Assembly (NCBI GenBank): GCA_017958745.1
Contig: JAGDCC010000031.1
Coordinates: 1-33,851 of the forward strand
DNA length: 33,851 nt
Origin: a bacterium
GTDB lineage: Bacteria; Patescibacteriota; Dojkabacteria; SC72
Direction of reading: 5' to 3'
Shown here: piece after piece, positions 31,305 to 33,851 of the stretch
How the letters are laid out: the number at the start of each line of letters is the position of its first letter
Numbering within the stretch: position 1 is the stretch's first letter
The notes under the pieces: generated by a model
Told to the model about the DNA's origin: nothing
What the model saw: the letters and a program-made list of their open reading frames with translations, nothing else
Database searches by the model: none
Made by a program: the position numbers and the translations under genes

Positions 31305-32252
31305 TTAATTACAATTAATTAAATTGTCTGTAACATTACAAGACATAACTGCAACATTATCTATATTTTTCCATTCTATTAACTCTCCATTGTAGTAAAG
31401 TTGTGTATCAGAAGGCTTACCGGTTGTTATTTCTAAAGAATTATTAATAATATATTCATAATCGGAAGGTTGTATTATTTGATTGATCTTTTCTTCTCCA
31501 TCTACTTTTAAGTTGACCCATGTTTCAGAATTAATTATTCTTAATGTAATCTTGTTTTCTATAACAACAGGCTCAGGAGGAACAACCTCTTCTTCCTTCT
31601 TGGGTGCATTGTATACAACCTTTCTAGTTTCTACTGTTTCTAAGACATTATTTGTATTTTTCTTTGCTTTTACAGTAATTAAGTTGCTACCTTCTATTAA
31701 TGTGATAGATTTCTCAAAATAACCAGTAGAATCTGTCTCTACAGAAGTATCATTAATATCTATGGAGACACCTTCATCTGTCTTTCCTTTAACAATAACA
31801 GTATTTTCTGTAGTAGTTGTCTCCTTTTCTGTAGGATCATAAATAGTTAGAGTAGGGGGAGTTTGGAACTTCTTTATTTGTAAGAATATATAGAAAATAA
31901 TTCCAAAAGAGAAAAGAATTAATAATAATACGCCAAAAAATTGCGGAGAAGGCATTCTTCTAGTATCTGTAGAATTAATTTTGTTTGAGTAAATTGACTT
32001 AGCTTCTGTATTTTTCTTCTCTGGATTGGATCTTCTATATAAAGCAAGTATCTTATCTACATCCAAATCTAGATATTCTGCATATATTTTTATGAAGCCA
32101 ATAAGAAAGACTTCGTCGCTAAATATAGAGAAATCATCGTTTTCTATTGCATCTAGAAATCTTACTTGTACTTTTGTTTCCGCTGAAACAGTTTCCAAAC
32201 TCTTTCTTAGAGATTTTCTTTTGTTTTTTAAAACTTCTCCTACGGTAAGCAT
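31305..32252 (-). CDS. rodZ: RodZ-like cytoskeletal protein (HTH, TM, Ig-like, DUF4115-like)
   Basis: TVGEVLKNKR....SLE.VS.ETKV..RFL.AIE.DDF....F..GFIK.YA.YL HTH, a central TM helix and C-terminal TWV...VDG. Lies downstream of ftsK. Confidence 0.8.
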   Translation of the reverse strand: MLTVGEVLKNKRKSLRKSLETVSAETKVQVRFLDAIENDDFSIFSDEVFLIGFIKIYAEYLDLDVDKILALYRRSNPEKKNTEAKSIYSNKINSTDTRRMPSPQFFGVLLLILFSFGIIFYIFLQIKKFQTPPTLTIYDPTEKETTTTENTVIVKGKTDEGVSIDINDTSVETDSTGYFEKSITLIEGSNLITVKAKKNTNNVLETVETRKVVYNAPKKEEEVVPPEPVVIENKITLRIINSETWVNLKVDGEEKINQIIQPSDYEYIINNSLEITTGKPSDTQLYYNGELIEWKNIDNVAVMSCNVTDNLINCN

Positions 32253-32273
32253 TTTGTGATTTTACTACAGAAA

Positions 32274-33851
32274 CTAGAAATCATCATCATCTTGGGAAGA
32301 ATCTTTCCCTAAAATTTGGTCTACAGAAGTGACTAGAACTTTTCTTGGTTTTGAGCCTTCTTCTCCGCCAATTGCACCAGCTTCATAGAGTTGGTCTATT
32401 AAACGTGCTGCTTTGTTGTAACCAATCCTCATCTTTCTTTCTAGGAAGGAGGAAGATGCTTTTTGGTTTGCTATTACTATTTCTAATGCTTGCTTAAACT
32501 CTGGATCTCTATCTGCTGATGCTCCTTTAGAATCTCCATCTTTACCTTTTTCTATTGCTGTTGTTAGCTCTTTAGAATATTCTAGATCATCTTCTGATAC
32601 TTGTTCCTTAATCTTGTCTGTAATGTTTACAGTATCCTCTGTAGATGTGTATGTACACTGTATTCTGATAGCTTTAGGCATTGTTTGGTCTACAAATAAC
32701 ATATCTCCGTTTCCAAGAAGTGCTTCTGCGCCTCCATCGTCCAAAATGACACGAGAATCCATAAGTGTTGCAACTGCAAATGCCATTCTTCCAGGAATGT
32801 TTGATTTTATTAAACCTGTGATAACGTTAACCGTAGGCTTCTGTGTTGCTAAGATTAAGTGTATACCAACAGCTCTTCCCATCTGTGCGAGTCTTTGTAT
32901 CTTTGTTTCTACTTCTGCTGCGGATGTAAGCATAAGGTCTGCCATCTCATCTATAACTATGACAATGTATGGCATTGCTGTGTAACCAATCTTTGCATTG
33001 TACTCCGTGAGCTTTTTAACCTGTACTTGCTTGAGCTGTCTGTATCTTCTCATCATTTCGTTAATTGCCCAATCTAATGCGTTTGGTACAAGTTCCATAT
33101 CTGTTATAACTGGTGTCAAAAGGTGAGGAATACCAGCGTAAGCACCCATTTCTACACCCATTTTAGGGTCAACCATGATGAATTTTACTTCATCTGGAGT
33201 TTTAGTCATAAGAAGACCTGCCAAAATTGAGTTGATACCGACAGATTTTCCTGTCCCTGTTGCTCCTGCTACGAGTAGGTGAGGGATTTTTGCTAGGTCT
33301 CGAACGATTGTTTTACCGGTAATGTCCTTTCCAAGAATCATAGGAAGTTCGTATTTGTGTGGATCTTGGTTAAGTTCCATTCTAACTTTTTGTATCATTT
33401 CTCTTGTGTAAACATAGTTTGGAGTAGGGTTAGGGATTTCTATTCCAATATAGGAAGTTCCAGGTATAGGTGCTTCTATTCTTAAGGATGCTGATTGGGA
33501 AGCCAATGCTAATGCTAAATCATTGCTAAGATTCTTAACTTTGGATACTTTTGTACCCATACTGATACTAAGAGAAAATCTAAGAACGGTTGGTCCAACA
33601 GCTATTGCGATAACTTTTGCTTGTATACCAAAGTTTTGTAAAGTTCTTTCTATTATTAATGCTTTTTCTTTGTATAACTTCTCATCCTGCTTTTTAGTTT
33701 CTACTTTTTGTAAAATATCTACACTAGGAAATTCCCAGTTCGTATATTTTGGTTTAGAATCTAGCAATTTGGAATCTGCTTCTATAGCTCCACTGTTGTC
33801 GGTAATCTTTACACTCTCTTGTTGGCGAGGAGATGTAGTTGGTATATTGTC
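32274..33851 (-). CDS. ftsK: DNA translocase FtsK/SpoIIIE, 5'-truncated
   Basis: PHLLVAGATGTGKS, VDPK, IDEMADLM, RLAQMGRAVGIHLILATQKP, GAEALLGNGDML and gamma domain IGYNKAARL. Frame is open to the window end at 33851. Confidence 0.96.
   Translation of the reverse strand, partial: DNIPTTSPRQQESVKITDNSGAIEADSKLLDSKPKYTNWEFPSVDILQKVETKKQDEKLYKEKALIIERTLQNFGIQAKVIAIAVGPTVLRFSLSISMGTKVSKVKNLSNDLALALASQSASLRIEAPIPGTSYIGIEIPNPTPNYVYTREMIQKVRMELNQDPHKYELPMILGKDITGKTIVRDLAKIPHLLVAGATGTGKSVGINSILAGLLMTKTPDEVKFIMVDPKMGVEMGAYAGIPHLLTPVITDMELVPNALDWAINEMMRRYRQLKQVQVKKLTEYNAKIGYTAMPYIVIVIDEMADLMLTSAAEVETKIQRLAQMGRAVGIHLILATQKPTVNVITGLIKSNIPGRMAFAVATLMDSRVILDDGGAEALLGNGDMLFVDQTMPKAIRIQCTYTSTEDTVNITDKIKEQVSEDDLEYSKELTTAIEKGKDGDSKGASADRDPEFKQALEIVIANQKASSSFLERKMRIGYNKAARLIDQLYEAGAIGGEEGSKPRKVLVTSVDQILGKDSSQDDDDF

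Noticed and set aside
876-33077. Many short antisense or alternate-frame ORFs in the ORF track (e.g. 1252-1503, 2503-2826, 8872-9246, 15468-16118, 32614-32985)
   Set aside because: They lie inside well-supported genes, lack motifs and are explained as codon-bias shadows.
1-33851. CRISPR array, DGR reverse transcriptase/template repeat, transposase or integrase
   Set aside because: None visible. The repeats are all in-frame protein-domain repeats, and no AAC-rich non-coding template was seen.

Overview
Low-GC bacterial chromosome segment, translation table 11 (sufD ends in TGA). The left 11.5 kb is the 5'-truncated end of one giant modular surface protein (>3,800 aa). It has 7 copies of a DUF6273/C-type-lectin-like domain with hypervariable, DGR-VR-like C-terminal segments, 9 Ig-like spacers and 2 InlB-B-repeat modules each interrupted by a CUB-like domain, all on a ~5.1 kb higher-order period. 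Next come an M15B D,D/L,D-carboxypeptidase, dus, a membrane protein plus a membrane-anchored Clp/Hsp100 ATPase with degenerate pore loops, a Bacilli-type sufCDSUB operon, a zinc-ribbon protein, mutL and a DegT aminotransferase/FemABX pair. These are followed by an unannotated ~190 nt multi-hairpin, probably pseudoknotted ncRNA with its own promoter and terminator, then sortase B, leuS, a convergent EcoRI-like REase/alpha-class m6A MTase pair next to tRNA-Ser(GCT), rodZ and a 5'-truncated ftsK. Seven genes have a -10 box 5-6 nt before the ATG (leaderless architecture). Gene content suggests, by inference only, a Patescibacteria/CPR (Dojkabacteria-like) backbone interleaved with Bacilli (RF39-like) derived genes.
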